DNA of 59,989 nucleotides from Chiloscyllium plagiosum (Eukaryota). The translations under genes were made by a program, and so were the position numbers. The notes beneath the pieces are model-generated. The model was given only the letters and a program-made list of their open reading frames with translations. It was not told the origin of the DNA and searched no databases. The DNA lies in assembly GCF_004010195.1 (NCBI RefSeq), contig NC_057725.1, forward strand, positions 32,868,786 to 32,928,774, written 5' to 3'. Shown here one piece after another: positions 37,740 through 50,025 of the stretch (positions within the stretch are counted from its first letter, which is position 1; each line of letters opens with the position of its first letter).

Positions 37740-38529
37740 TACTGATGAACTGGAAACATTAAAACTTGTAGTTATACAGCAGAACATCAGAATTCAGGAA
37801 AACCTAATCCATATGGGACTGTTCCAGTCACAATTTGAAAGAGTCTATTCCAGTGACAGGAGGGTCAGTAAGGACCAGGAGACAGCCTCAGTATACATTG
37901 ACAAGCTAGAACAACAGTGTAGAGAGCTCCAAGCAGTTGTACAGGTTCTCTAAGCCAACAATGCCAAGCAATGCACATCAGGCCCCCTAGTACGGAGCAT
38001 TCAAAGTCCCAAGAACAAATGCAATTCTAGTGAACTAGGCCTCCACCCAGAATGGGATAATATGTACCTTGGGGTCTTACCTCCCAAGGGAGTTAATGAG
38101 AAGCCCCGCAATGACACATCTGCTTCCAATCCACCTCTGGCCCATATCCCTGTCACCTTTCTCCCAGCTGATGGTGTCTCCAACACTGCCCCTGCCCCAC
38201 AGCCGAAACCAAAACCCATGCACATAAGCGTGGTTCAGACTTCTTATAGCCCCCCTCTAATTTGGAGGACTGAAAGAAGGGACAGGATTACACTCAGGAG
38301 TCCCAAACAGACTTCCCCTCCATTCAAGTCCCCTGCCCCCAGAAGAAGGGAACTCCTTCCCAAACCCAACCTGTGCTTCAACTGTGGAAGAACTGACCAT
38401 TTCACTCAGGACTGCTGGACACCAGAGACTCCAACCTACAACAGGAAGTTTGGGAAAAGTGGCCAACACCCAGGGTACTATCTTGGCAACAGCAGCGAAA
38501 GCAAAAACAGGCAGTGGCTTATATATTGA
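37740..38529 (+). pseudogene. gag remnant with coiled-coil-like region, Pro-rich region and CCHC zinc knuckle
   Basis: CFNCGRTDHFTQDC (C-X2-C-X4-H-X4-C) at 38374-38415; upstream helical stretch ...YIDKLEQQCRELQAVVQVL*. Confidence 0.75.
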
Positions 38530-38759
38530 GGATGACAGGGGCAACTCCATAATGGAAATAGCTCTAAAGCTCCCCAGCCACCTGAGAACAAATGCTGCCA
38601 TGTGGCAGCTAATCAGGAACAGCTCCCTGTACTGCTAAACATCCATTTGCACATTGGGTGACAACTCATCCCTCCACACCACATCCTGTATACAGGGCAC
38701 ATTTATTCTACCCCCTCCCCTTTTGTGTTTAATTTTCTCTCTGGCAGAGAAGCAGGCCA

Positions 38760-39400
38760 GCCATCAATTAGTGACTGTTTGACAGGGTCACACCAACACA
38801 ATTAATCAGATTGTCCAGGGCAAAATCAAGGATCTCAGTGAGCAGCAAAATCATCCTCCACAAAGTATCTACAGTAACTAGATGACTGAACAGCTGAGGG
38901 AGGACCTAAGGCAGGTTAGTCCAGGGAAGGTGCTGTCCTGGATCAGTAATGAACAGCTCGAACATTTGTTCCAGGAGAGAACCCACACTCATATCTCCAG
39001 CTGTCAGTTGTGGCAGCTCAACAAAGTGTGGCTTAATGATTGCCAGATATTGAACCAACATATTGACAGAAAGTACTCTTGTTCTTTTTCAGTAAGTGAT
39101 ATTACAAGGCAGCAATTCCAACACTTACAGGGTGTTTTTTGTGCATTATGTATTATTATAATGACTTACCCAAAAATGTGACATGGGCAGAAGGGAAAAC
39201 AATGTACTCAGGATACCTATGGTATGACCACCAGAACCCCTAGTGCATAGATGGGATCCCCTCGGTCCACTCTGTGCAATTGGTGGTATTCAGGTGGAAG
39301 AATCAGTTCGTGGTGTACAGGACATGCTAGGGGAGTTCAATATTGTGTTATATTAGTGCAAGGATCCCAGATGATTGGTGGGGTGTTTCTGAGAACAGGT
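38760..39400 (+). pseudogene. Partial env-like segment 1
   Basis: QLREDLRQVSPGKVLSWISNEQLEHLFQERTHTHISSCQL is a diverged paralog of 40330-40450 in env segment 2. Confidence 0.6.
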
Positions 39401-39422
39401 GCATGGTAGTGGCTTGATGAGA

Positions 39423-39737
39423 GATTAGAGTACTTACAGTGTGGAAACAGGCCCTTCAGCCCAACAAGTCCACACCAACCCGCTGAAGTGCAACCCACTC
39501 AGACCCAATCCCCTATATTAACACCTTCACCTAACACTACGGGCAACTTAGCACAGCCAATTCACCTAACCTGCACATTTTTGGATTGTGGGAGGAAACT
39601 GGAGCACCAGAGGAAATGCACGCAGACACAGGGAGAATGTGCAACCTCCACACAGAGAGTCGCCTGAGGTGGGAATTGAACCCGGGTCCCTGGCGCTGTG
39701 AGGCAGCAGTGCTAACCACTGTGCCATCATGCCGCCC
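39423..39737 (-). mobile_element. tRNA-derived SINE inside provirus copy 1
   Basis: Homologous to 13121-13456; absent at the paralogous site near 57790. Confidence 0.9.
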
Positions 39738-39859
39738 ACTGTGCTTAGCACATAGTCCAGACAAGGGATCACAGGGAGGATGGCCTTGCCCTAGAAGCCC
39801 TGCCAGGGAGAATTCCTTGAGGATGAAACTAAAAACTGGCTAAGAGCGGGAGTGAAGAC

Positions 39860-41050
39860 TCCTCCTCCATAATTGATGTATCAAGGATAAAGTTAATGGA
39901 ATGACGTCGTTCCCCAATAAAACAATCATACTTGCACCATGCCCACAGAATAATGGGACAAGGGGCAGGGAGCTGTGATAGAAACCCAGTCCAGCAGTTA
40001 ATCAATGAAAGAGAAGGGAGCTCCTTAATGATCTAGCCACGGCATATGGGGCAGGAGTATCAACAGTCAACACCCTTGATTTGGCTCATTTGGACAATAA
40101 ACTCAGGATCTTGCCCAAACAAACTAAATGAGCCAGGAAAGGACTGAGTACAGACAATCGACAAGAGACCACGGGATAACTAGTGGAGAGTCAGGGTAGC
40201 CACCACTGGGTGATCAAACTACAGGGTCAAGGCAATTAATCTGATCATCCAAGGCAAAAGCAGAGATGACGGTAAGCAGCAAAACTGCACCATGTACAGC
40301 AGCGACGGTAACTGGATATTGATCAGGGAAAGGAGGACTTCAGGCAGGCTAGCCAAGGGAGGTCCTGTCCTGGATTAGTGATGAACAACTTGAACATTTG
40401 TTCCAAGAGAGCACCCACAGTAATATCTCTTGTTGCCATTTGCAGCACCTGACCATGGTATGATTTAATGCGATCTGTAAGGACATTCACCCTTACATTA
40501 TCCCCAGTGACAAAATTGTGTTGAAGACTTTTGAAGGTGAAAATGTTGGAATTATGAATAAAAATTGTATTTGGATGGGGTGCGATGACACAATCCCATA
40601 TGGTGTGGAGACATAGGGGACATAGATAAGGAGCAATCGAAGTAAATGTGAACAAACAGGCCACACCTACAACATGGTTAGCCATGAATTCAGCTCCTCT
40701 CATATCTAGCTGTGCTCCTAATTGCGCTCACTTTGATATACTTCAGGATACTGGTGATTCAGATTGCATGCTGAGAAAGACAGTTATCTCAAGAGCTTGG
40801 TGGCCTCACTATGAATAATCCCGCACCTGATCACAAGGGCTGTAAGATAGATGGAACTCCCAAAGTTATCTATTGTTACTTCTTTTCGTTGCGATTACTG
40901 AATGTTGTCTTCGCACCACAATCCTGAATGGATTATTGTGACAGGGGTTTTCATTTTCATACACATAATTCTATTGTAGGCTTGACCAATGTGCACAATG
41001 GCTTTCACATGAACACATAGCCTTCCCTGACAACAAACATAACCAACTTT
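39860..41050 (+). pseudogene. env-like segment 2 (furin site, fusion peptide, TM), decayed
   Basis: Q*KRR|ELLNDLATAYGAGVSTVNTLDLAHLDNKL from 40003, where TGA is probably a deaminated CGA (RKRR). TM-like PEWIIVTGVFIFIHIILL at 40923-40976, just before the PPT. Confidence 0.65.
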
Positions 41051-41784
41051 GAAAGTTAGGTTTGAACTTCATTTGCATAAGTATTTTGCCATTCAAAAGG
41101 GGGGAAATGTAGCAACCTCCTGGCTGCTAAAATACAGACAGATTGCTAACTTGACCAAACAGCACTGAATGCTGGGTAAATTGGACAAATATCATGGCCA
41201 TGTGTTAATGACATTAAACATAGTGTAAAAGGCAACAGTTATCCTGGATAGACATAGCCCCAACAATTTATCCACCAAACAAAGGAGAACCCAGACAGAA
41301 AAGCACTGGGTCCTGTTACACAAAGAAACTAACAGTAGCATGCCATCTAAGTGGTTGACACTGTTTGAAACTATTAAGTGATTGGTCAGAACTGCAGGAA
41401 GATCCAGAAAAAATCTTAAAAAGCTACAAAAACAAGGTTCACCTACAGACCGACATAAAGCAGTGAGAGAGAGAGAGTGCGAGAGAATGAAAGGATGGAC
41501 GACACAATGCAGCTTTGCAGAGACAAAGCCAGAGAAAAAGCAACTCTGCACATCGACAGAAGACTCAGAAGAACAGTAAGCTTAAGTGACCTCTTGGATT
41601 AGACAGTGTATGTATAGTATGAAAGGTTATTGTAACTTGGTTTCTAATAAAGTTGTGCATTCGTACCTGTGTGTGTTTGCCATGATTTGACCGCTGCAGT
41701 ATTGTGGGACACCTGGGCAAATACATTTATAATATTTTGGTTGGAGTTGTCGAACTTGTTTCAGGAGGATTGAGACGACACTAG

Positions 41785-42152
41785 ATATAAAATATTATGG
41801 CTACAAGGGCAGGTCAGGTACTAGGAATCGTGTCATGAATAACTCACCTCCTGAACATCTACAAGACACAAGTCCAGTAGTATGACTGAATACTGTAGGC
41901 CCCACTTATCTGGATGAGTGCACCTCCAACAACAATCAAGAAGCTTGACACCATTCAGGACAAAGCAGCCCACTTCACTGGCATCACATCGGCAAACATT
42001 CACTTGCCCCACCATGAAGCTCAGTTGCAGCAGTGCTGAGTGAATACAGTGCAGAAATTCACCAAGACCTGAGTCAGCATCTTCCAAACATATGACAACT
42101 CCCACCTAACAAGTCAAGGGAAGCAGATACACGGAAAAACCATCATCTGCAA
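41785..42152 (+). mobile_element. L2/Crack-like LINE 3' fragment, continuing at about 44111-44530
   Basis: IYKTQV...WMSAPPTTIKKLDTIQDKAA RT C-terminus; split by the solo LTR. Confidence 0.5.
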
Positions 42153-44110
42153 TGTCAGATTGTGTTCAAATAATGACCGAAATTGGTGAGTGGCAAAAAT
42201 CGCCTCCTATATTCAGCAACCGCAAGTAGCACAAGTTCAAGGTGACAATAGAATCCTGAAATACAGCTGTTACACTCGCCTTTTTATACACAGCTCTTAC
42301 ATTTAATAAATTCCATTACTATGGTGTTACATTGTTTTATCTGTAGTACACAATGATTTGATGGGCTTCTCTCCTGGGAGACAGGAGATGGGTTAAAACA
42401 TGTACTGGGGTACTAAGTGCGGGCTGTTACTTCTGATGGGAAATAGAGTGTCTGTCTGGTCTGCTTGCATAATTTAAAGTGTTAATCCTTTTGTCTTTTA
42501 AGTTAGTAAATGTTAGTAAAACTACTAGCCCTATATGCTCTAAATAAGTCAGAAATTGTACCTGTACTTAATAAGAGAATAAGGGACGTTAAACTGATTA
42601 CCACAGCAGGGTTGTGAGATTAGTTCACTATTCACTGGTGTGAGTTTCACTCATTCATGCAATTTCACTTGAGTGTCGTCTTGACAGTTAGTCTCTTAAA
42701 GAGATAATGGCCCAGTTAAAAGGTATTTAACAAGTACATACTAACTGCTGCAGGCAAGGATGCCTTGAGGCATATACATTGGCAAGACTGAGCAGATGCT
42801 ACGATAACGGTTGATTGGACACCGTACAACAATCACCAGGCAGGAGTGTTCCCTCCCAGTTGGGGATCAGTTCAGCGATCCAGGACATTCAACACACACA
42901 CACACCCCTGCACTCACGCTACCACATGCACCCTCTCACACATACCCCATCACACTTAATCAACTTACACACACACACATATATACACACACTCTCTAGC
43001 ACATACACTCACACCCACACGCACACATCAATTTGTCACTCGTACATGCACACACATATAAGTTTATGAGGGGAATTTCTTTCTGAGCATTACATTTTAT
43101 TTTGCTCAAAAACTGCATGAATCCATGTAAAACTCTGTAAAACTATACACAACCACCTGAAGAAGGAGCGGCACTTGGAAAGCTAGTGCTTCCAAGTAAA
43201 CCTGTTGGACTATAACCTGGTGTTGTGTTCAAAAACTGCATGAATCCATGTAAAACTCTGTAAAACTATACAGAGGATTTATCCACAACCACCTGAAGAA
43301 GGAGCGGCACTTGGAAAGCTAGTGCTTCCAAGTAAACCTGTTGGACTATAACCTGGTGTTGTGTGATTTTTAACTTTGTACACCCCATCTCCAAATCATA
43401 AGGATTTGACAGCCTGACATAGCATTGGACACAGACAGACTTCACACCTATTGTTCAAAAAGCTGAGCTAATTTGAGAATGTAATTTAAAAGAAGTTCTG
43501 GGATTTACATATCAAAGAACTGAAACCAACATATCCCATTATAAAAGATGAAAGTTTTAATCTAAGATTGTTTACTGCATCACATGTCCATGACACTGAA
43601 CCCCTTTGGCTATAAGTTCTATGAGCCTGTAATTAATCTTCACAACCACCTGTTGAAGGAGCAGCGCTCTGAAAGCCAGTGCTTCCAAATAAACCTGTTG
43701 GACTATAACCTGGTGTTGTGTGATTTTTAATACTAATTGGGGAAACTGTTTGGTTTTCTGTAATCTATTCAGGTCCGTGAAATGGTTTGTAAGGGCTGAT
43801 TAACATTATCATCTTTTGTGGAGACCTGATGGGGATGGTATTGTTTACAATAATGGCACCTATTCTGAGGTAGTTTTTAATGTAGAAATAGGCCTGATAA
43901 GTGTTTAAGGTGAAAGTGATGTTTTAATTTTAGTCTATATTGTAGTAGCAACATATATTATGGTACCACGGCTTTATGAATAAACGAATAAAACTGAGTT
44001 ATAATGGGTTAGCAAAGGGTTTTGTATGAATGAACAGGAATCTGGTATTAATGAATATAGTGAGCTGGCGAGTGAGTTAGTAAGGATAACGTAAAACACA
44101 ATATCTCCCA
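42153..44110 (-). mobile_element. Second copy of the same solo-LTR family, split by a Penelope insertion (about 42730-43730)
   Basis: The reverse complement matches both ends of 21843-22757; TG...CA termini. Confidence 0.65.
42730..43730 (+). mobile_element. Penelope-like 3' fragment: GIY-YIG remnant, (CA)n tract and tandem pseudo-LTRs
   Basis: YIGKTEQMLR...GHRTTITRQECSLPVGDQFS; three degenerate hammerhead units near 43157, 43293 and 43650. Confidence 0.7.
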
Positions 44111-44193
44111 CCAAAGCCACTCACTATCCTGACTTGGAAACACATCACCGTTTCTTCAGTTTGGCTTGGATTAACTCACCATCACCGTCTCAA

Positions 44194-44451
44194 ACAAGAA
44201 AATTGACATTTTGGGCAGGAGCCCTTCATCAGGAATCAGATTTTAAGTATCCAAATGTCAATAGGGCATTATTATTCCCCCATGTGGCTCTACTCTTTTT
44301 TTCCCCTATTGGCATTTGGACACTTAAAATCTGATTCCTGCTGAAGGGCTTCTGCCCGAAATGTCAATTTTTCTGCTCCTGGAATGCAGCCTTACCTGCT
44401 GTGCTTTTCCAGCATCACTCTAATTTAGGCTCTAATCTTCAGCATCTGCAG
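44194..44451. mobile_element. Palindromic Penelope-derived insert (older family A)
   Basis: 15-bp TSD CCATCACCGTCTCAA (44179-44193, 44452-44466); inverted arms with decayed hammerhead cores. Confidence 0.8.
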
Positions 44452-44627
44452 CCATCACCGTCTCAAGGTCAACTTTAGGTGGATAATAATTGCTCGCTTA
44501 GACAGTCTACATCTCACGAATGACAAATATCTTTTCTTGCGAAATGCAATTAGACTATTCATGATTAAATAAAATATTAATCCTTCTAGATTTTTAAAAA
44601 TATTTATGTGTGACTGCTCTAATTAGT

Positions 44628-44730
44628 TGTACAAAGTTAAAAATCACACAATACCAGGTTATAGTTCAACAGGTTTATTTGGAAGTACTAGCTTTTGGAG
44701 TGCCGCTCTTTCATCAGGTGGTTGTGGAGG
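44628..44730 (-). mobile_element. Short Penelope-derived repeat (family B)
   Basis: Homologous to 6334-6430. Confidence 0.7.
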
Positions 44731-44769
44731 TTAAGTTCATGCTCACAGAATTTCACAACTGCCTGACAA

Positions 44770-45235
44770 AGGGGCGGCGTTATAGTGGTGATGGAAGGTT
44801 GTTTTTCAGGCTGGAGGCCTATGACCAGCAGTGTTCCACATTGTTTGTCATTTATATAAATAATTTAGACAAGAATATAGAAAGCATGGTTAGTAAGTTT
44901 GTGGATGACACCAAGACTGATGTTTTAGGCGAGAATTTAGAAGAAGGTTAACCTAAGATTATAAAGAGATCTTGATCAACTGGGACAAAGGGCTGAAGAG
45001 TGGAAAATGGAATGTCATTTGGATAAATGTCAGGTATTGCTTTTCAGTAAAACAAACCAACGCAAGACTTACATAATTAAAACCAGGGCCTTGGATAATG
45101 ATGTAGAACAGAGAGACCATGTGTTCAGGAAGATAATTCTTTGAAGTTTGCCTTACATTATAGACAGAATGATTAAGAAGGCATTAAGCATGCCTGCCTT
45201 CCTTACTCAGCCTTTTGAGGAAAGAATTGGTTCTA
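44770..45235 (+). mobile_element. Old CR1 fragment at the duplication breakpoint
   Basis: FVIYINNLD and SKFVDDTK motifs. Confidence 0.8.
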
Positions 45236-45689
45236 GTCTCAGCTGGAAGGGCACACATTGGAATAGGAGTGAAATACCAACAATATGCAGAAACATATCT
45301 TAATATTTCAAATAGATGAGGAATTATTGTTACAATCTCAGGAGGGACCTGTACCAATTTTCTAAAAGAAATCTGAAATTTCTTAAAGACAAAAAGTCAC
45401 AAGATTTCATGGTTAAAACAGACACATTGTTACTATACAGGAATCAAACAAAGCATACACGAAATGCTTTGATTAACCCCTATACTCTAAACCCAGAATC
45501 AGTATCAGTTAAATGTGAAGTAACAGTCATATTGTGGTTGGATATAAACTAGAAATTACATATTAAAGGCATCATCAGAGGTTATGAATTGATTTGGTAA
45601 AATCCACTCAGCATAAGTCTAATCAGTTTCAGTTACAAAGGCTATATCTTCTTCACAAGATTTTCAGGTATTTTCCTCCTAGGATTTAG

Positions 45690-45791
45690 GTCAAAAATCA
45701 AATAACACCTGGTTATAGTCCAATGGGTTTATTTGAAAACACTAGCTTTCAGTACGCTGTTCCAACCCAGTCCAACACTGGCACCTCCACA
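45690..45791. mobile_element. Short Penelope-derived insert (family B)
   Basis: 13-bp TSD TCCTAGGATTTAG (45677-45689, 45792-45804). Confidence 0.8.
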
Positions 45792-46810
45792 TCCTAGGAT
45801 TTAGCCTAATCTCCAGTCAACAAGTGGCCTTAATCAAATCAAGTTCAATGGCACAGTCTTCATTAAAAATGGCTTATGTATGCAGAACCTCCTCAACTCT
45901 GGTTTGGATTATGTAAAGCCACTAATGTTTTCTTGAAGTAATGGAAACAATTGCAGAAACCATACTGTTGCTTATTAACAGCTTCTGATCTAGTATCTGT
46001 CTTCAACCTGTCTCCTTCAATCTGCGTAACTGGCCTCATCGTTATCTATTACAGGTACTGAAATCAGATGGCTGTCTGCACTTTTAAATCACGACCATGA
46101 CACAGGAATCAAGTGTTCCATGATCATCAAGCAAGCTAATTGGGCTGTGGAAAGATGGGACATGACGATAATGTCACTGGATGAGAAATGCAGAGACCCA
46201 GGCTAATGCTCTGAGGATATGACCTCAAATCCCACCTGGCAGCTGCTGGAATTTAATGTTAATGATAAATCTGAAGTTTAAGACATTGGCCATTGTAAAA
46301 CTTCATCTGGTTCACTGATATCCTTTATGGGGAAGACAATGTACATTCTACAGTCAGGGTTGCATGTGACTCCAGAACTACAGTCATATGGTTTACTCTG
46401 AAATGATCCATCAAGTCTTTCTGATCAAAGGCACTGAGTGATGGACAACAAATGGTGGCATTGCCAGAGATACCGCCAGGCCATGAAGGAATATTTGAAA
46501 AAAAACTTTCCAACCATATTGAATGCTTTTAGAAGTTGAAGTTTCCTATTAGTTTCAGTCTCGGTTTCTGTAGAAAGTGCAAGGGTCAGTTTCCTTCCTT
46601 CATTTCCCTCTTCAAGTAAATAAAAAGGTGAAGTCACCATAGTCCATGCTTTCACTAAAGAGAGTTTACTGGTGGTGGTTTAAGCAAGACGCGAGGTTGA
46701 GAGGTGGGGCCTTGTGGTCACCTCAGCCAGTATGATAATTGAATCCATGCTGTTGGCAACAGCCTGCATCACAAACCAGCTGTCCAGCCAAATGAGCTGA
46801 CCCAACCACT

Positions 46811-49498
46811 TGTCAATAATGGTGGCCACAAAAATACAAGCTTTGAAACCTCAGAGTTGACCACGCTATTAAACTCTAAGATTTTGTTTATACACCAAAA
46901 CAAAAGGCATGTGGAAAATGTTTGTGTAATAATTGGAATAAGGTTGGTCAGGTGCATCTCAATGAATATGAGTTCCCTGATTGGGGCTGTTAACCTGGGT
47001 CAGAAAGTCCTGGCCCACATATAAATAGAAGTCTCAGGGATTCTCCTCACTCCAGGGACTGGCTCTGGGATAGCTGGTCAGAGTCCATGTTAAATAAGAG
47101 ATGACTTGGTGATGGAATATTGGCCTCTGTGGAGTTATCTCAGTGGCGATGAGAGAAAACAGTATGGTTCTGAAGAAAGTTTGCTGGCATGAATCATTTT
47201 TGTGTTGGGGGTAAGCATTTCTGGCATCATGCCTTTATTTATAAGCTGGACTTAGAGTCGTAGAGTTATAGAGATGTACAGCATGAAAAGAGACGCTTCG
47301 GTCCAACCAGATATTCCAACCCAATCTAGTCCCACCTGCCAACACCTGGCCCATATCCCTCCAAAGCCTTCCTATTCATATACCCATCCAAATGCCTTTT
47401 AAATGTTGCAATTGTACGAGCCTCCACCATGTCCTTTGGCAGCTCATTCCATACACATACCACCCTCTGTGTGAAAACGTTGCCCCGTAGGTCTCTTTTA
47501 TATCTTTACCCTCTCACCCTAAACCTATGCCCTCTAGTTCTGGACTTCCCCATCCCAGGGAAAAGATTTTGTCTATTTATCCTATCCATGACCCTCATGA
47601 TTTTATAAACCTCTATAAGGTCAATCCTCAGCCTCCGACGCTCCAGGAAAAACAGCCCCAGCCTCTTCAGCCTCTCCCTACAGCTCAAATCCTCCAACCC
47701 TGGCAACAACCTTGTAATTCTTTTCTGAACCCTTTCAAGTTTCACAACATCTTTCCAATAGGAAGGAGACCAGAATTGCATACAATATTCCAACAGTGGC
47801 CTAACCAATGTTCTGTATAGCCACAACATGACCTCCCAACTCCTATACTCGATACTCTGACCAATAAAGAAAAGAATACCAAACACCTTCTTCACTGTCC
47901 TATCTACCTGCGACTCCACTTTCAAGGAGCTATGAACCTGCACTCCTAGCTCTCTATGTTCAGCAACACTCCCTAGGACCTTAGCATTAAGTGTATAAGT
48001 CCTACTAAGATTTGCTTTCCCAAAATGCAGCACCTCACATTTATCTGAATTAAACTCCATCTGCCACTTCTCAGCCCATTGGCCCATCCGATCAAGATCC
48101 TGTTGTAATCTGAGGTATCCACTACACCTCCAATTTTGATGTCATCTGCAAACTTACTAATTATACTTTTTATGCTCACATCCAAGTCATTTATGTAAAT
48201 GACGAAAAGTAGTGGACCCAGCACTAATCCTTGTGGCACTCCACTGGTTACAGGCCTCCAGTCTGGAAAACAACCCTCCACCACCACCCTCTGTCTTCTA
48301 CCTTTGAGCCAGTTCTGTATCCAAATGGCTAGTTCTCCCTGTATTCCATGAGATCTAACTTTGCTAATCAGTCTCCCATGGGGAACCTTATCGAAAGTCT
48401 TACTGAAGTCCATATAGATCACGTCCACCATTCTGCCCTCATCAATCCTCTTTGTTACTTCTTCAAAAAACTCAATCAAGTTTGTGAGACATGATTTCCC
48501 ATGCACAAAGCCATGTTGACTATCCCTAATCAGTCCTTGCCTTTCCAAATACATGTACATCCTGTCCCTCAGGATTCCCTCCAACAACTTGCCCACTGGT
48601 CAATAGTTCCCTAGTTTGTCCTTACCACCTTTCTTAAACAGTGGCACCATGTTAGCCAACCTTGTTCAATCCTGCCATCTAAGACTGATGCAGTATGTGG
48701 AAAGAACATCTTATTTTCTTCCTGGGCAAATGACATTGCTTTTCATCTGCCCCAATGAGTAAACATTCTGACTGTTTGTGGATCTGCAACATTTTCGGTT
48801 GTTAGGACCCTAACTTTCCCTGAGGCACTAGATACTAAATCTTTTCAAGAATTGATGGATTTAGTTAAGGGATATTATAACCTCAAGTTTTCTCTCATTC
48901 TGAAATGCTATCTGTTTTATTCAGCAGTTTGAGAAGCAGAGGAATCCATATTGGAATTTTGACAAGGTGGCAAAGGATGTGATTTTGGGTTAACCCTGAA
49001 TGAGATGGGCACTACAACTGGTATTCATCATTATAAAGTATGGCAAGCGGAACATGTGAGTTACAGGGTGTCTCGATGCAAGTGGACACCCTCATCTGTC
49101 TCACTGAGCTTGGGTAACACCCCCTTGAGTGTAGTCAATCACAGCCTCATGTAGGACATTTCGTGAACACAGCAACTCAATGTTAGCTTAAGCAAAGCCC
49201 CAAAACAAAGCTGAGCTAAAATATTCTTCAGGATCTGAGCTGGCAAGGTATTGTGTTGATGCTAGCACGTGCACTTGAGACAGCAAAGGAGTCCGACATG
49301 GCCTGACCTGAGTTAGAGAACTCTCAGGCCAGTATCCAGGAGATTGCACAACCAAGAAAGACCAACAACAAGTGGTTTGGAACAGGTAAATTGGTTAGCA
49401 ATGTCAAATGAGAACAAAAAATAAATGTTTGGTCACCTGGTTCTAATGGAGGTAGATACCAGCACAACTATATTAGTGATTGCAGAACTAATCTTTAA
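46811..49498 (+). mobile_element. Decayed Gypsy (Mag-like) element: LTR 46811-47142, PBS, gag/protease remnants; split by CR1
   Basis: TG...CA LTR followed by the PBS-like TGGCGATGAG at 47144; LTVCGSATFSVVRTL (gag-like); MEVDT (protease-like) near 49446. Confidence 0.6.
47252..48662 (-). mobile_element. CR1 LINE 3' portion
   Basis: ORFs 47973-48596 and 47506-48087 carry RT motifs. Confidence 0.93.
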
Positions 49499-49499
49499 C

Positions 49500-50025
49500 A
49501 ATGTGCAGGATATTAGTTAGGCCACTTTTGGAATACTGCATGCAATTCTGGTCTCTATGCTATCAGAACAATATTGTGAAACTTGAAAGGGTTCAGAAAA
49601 GATTTACAAGGGTTTTGTCAGGGCGAGAGAGTTTGACCTATAGGGAGAAGCTGAATATGCTGAGGCTATTTTTGTTGGAGCATTGGAGGCTGAGGGGCGA
49701 CCTTACAGAGGACTAGAAAATCATGAGGGGCATGAATAGGATAAACAGCAAAGGTCTTTTCATGAGGGTGAGGGAATCCAAAACTAGAGGGCATAGATTT
49801 AGGGTGAAAGGATAGATTTAATAGGGTCCCAAGGGACAATGTTTTCATGCAGAGGGTGGTGCATGTTTGAAACAAACTGCCAGAGGAAATAATGGAGACT
49901 GCTACAATAACAACATTCATAAGGCATCTGGATGGGCATAGGAATGGGTTGGATTTACAGAGATACGGTCAAATGCTAGTAAATGCAGCTAGATTAGTTT
50001 AGGATATCTGCTTGGCATGGACCAG
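49500..50025 (+). mobile_element. CR1 3' fragment
   Basis: RPLLEYCMQFWS. Confidence 0.88.

Larger units (their letters stand above)
20865..41560. repeat. Segmental duplication, copy 1 (intron 1, leader, promoter, provirus)
   Basis: Colinear homologous blocks: 20870-21278 with 45285-45682; 25036-25970 with 45793-46660; 31092-32200 with 50027-51140; 33945-35390 with 51145-53505; 39300-41550 with 57670-59725. Confidence 0.9.
35065..41734 (+). mobile_element. Decayed endogenous retrovirus-like element: LTR-gag-env-env-PPT-LTR, no pol seen
   Basis: Homologous LTRs at about 35065-35770 (ending CATAACA) and 41108-41734 (starting TGTAGCAAC, with AATAAA at about 41646). PPT AAAAGGGGGGAAA at 41095-41107 abuts the TG. 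Internal gag and env remnants are present. Confidence 0.8.

Noticed and set aside
38062-38529. Gag captured as the cytoplasmic tail, as in human B7-H6
   Set aside because: This gag is upstream of and antisense to the gene, and the candidate tail exons show no Gag-like motif.
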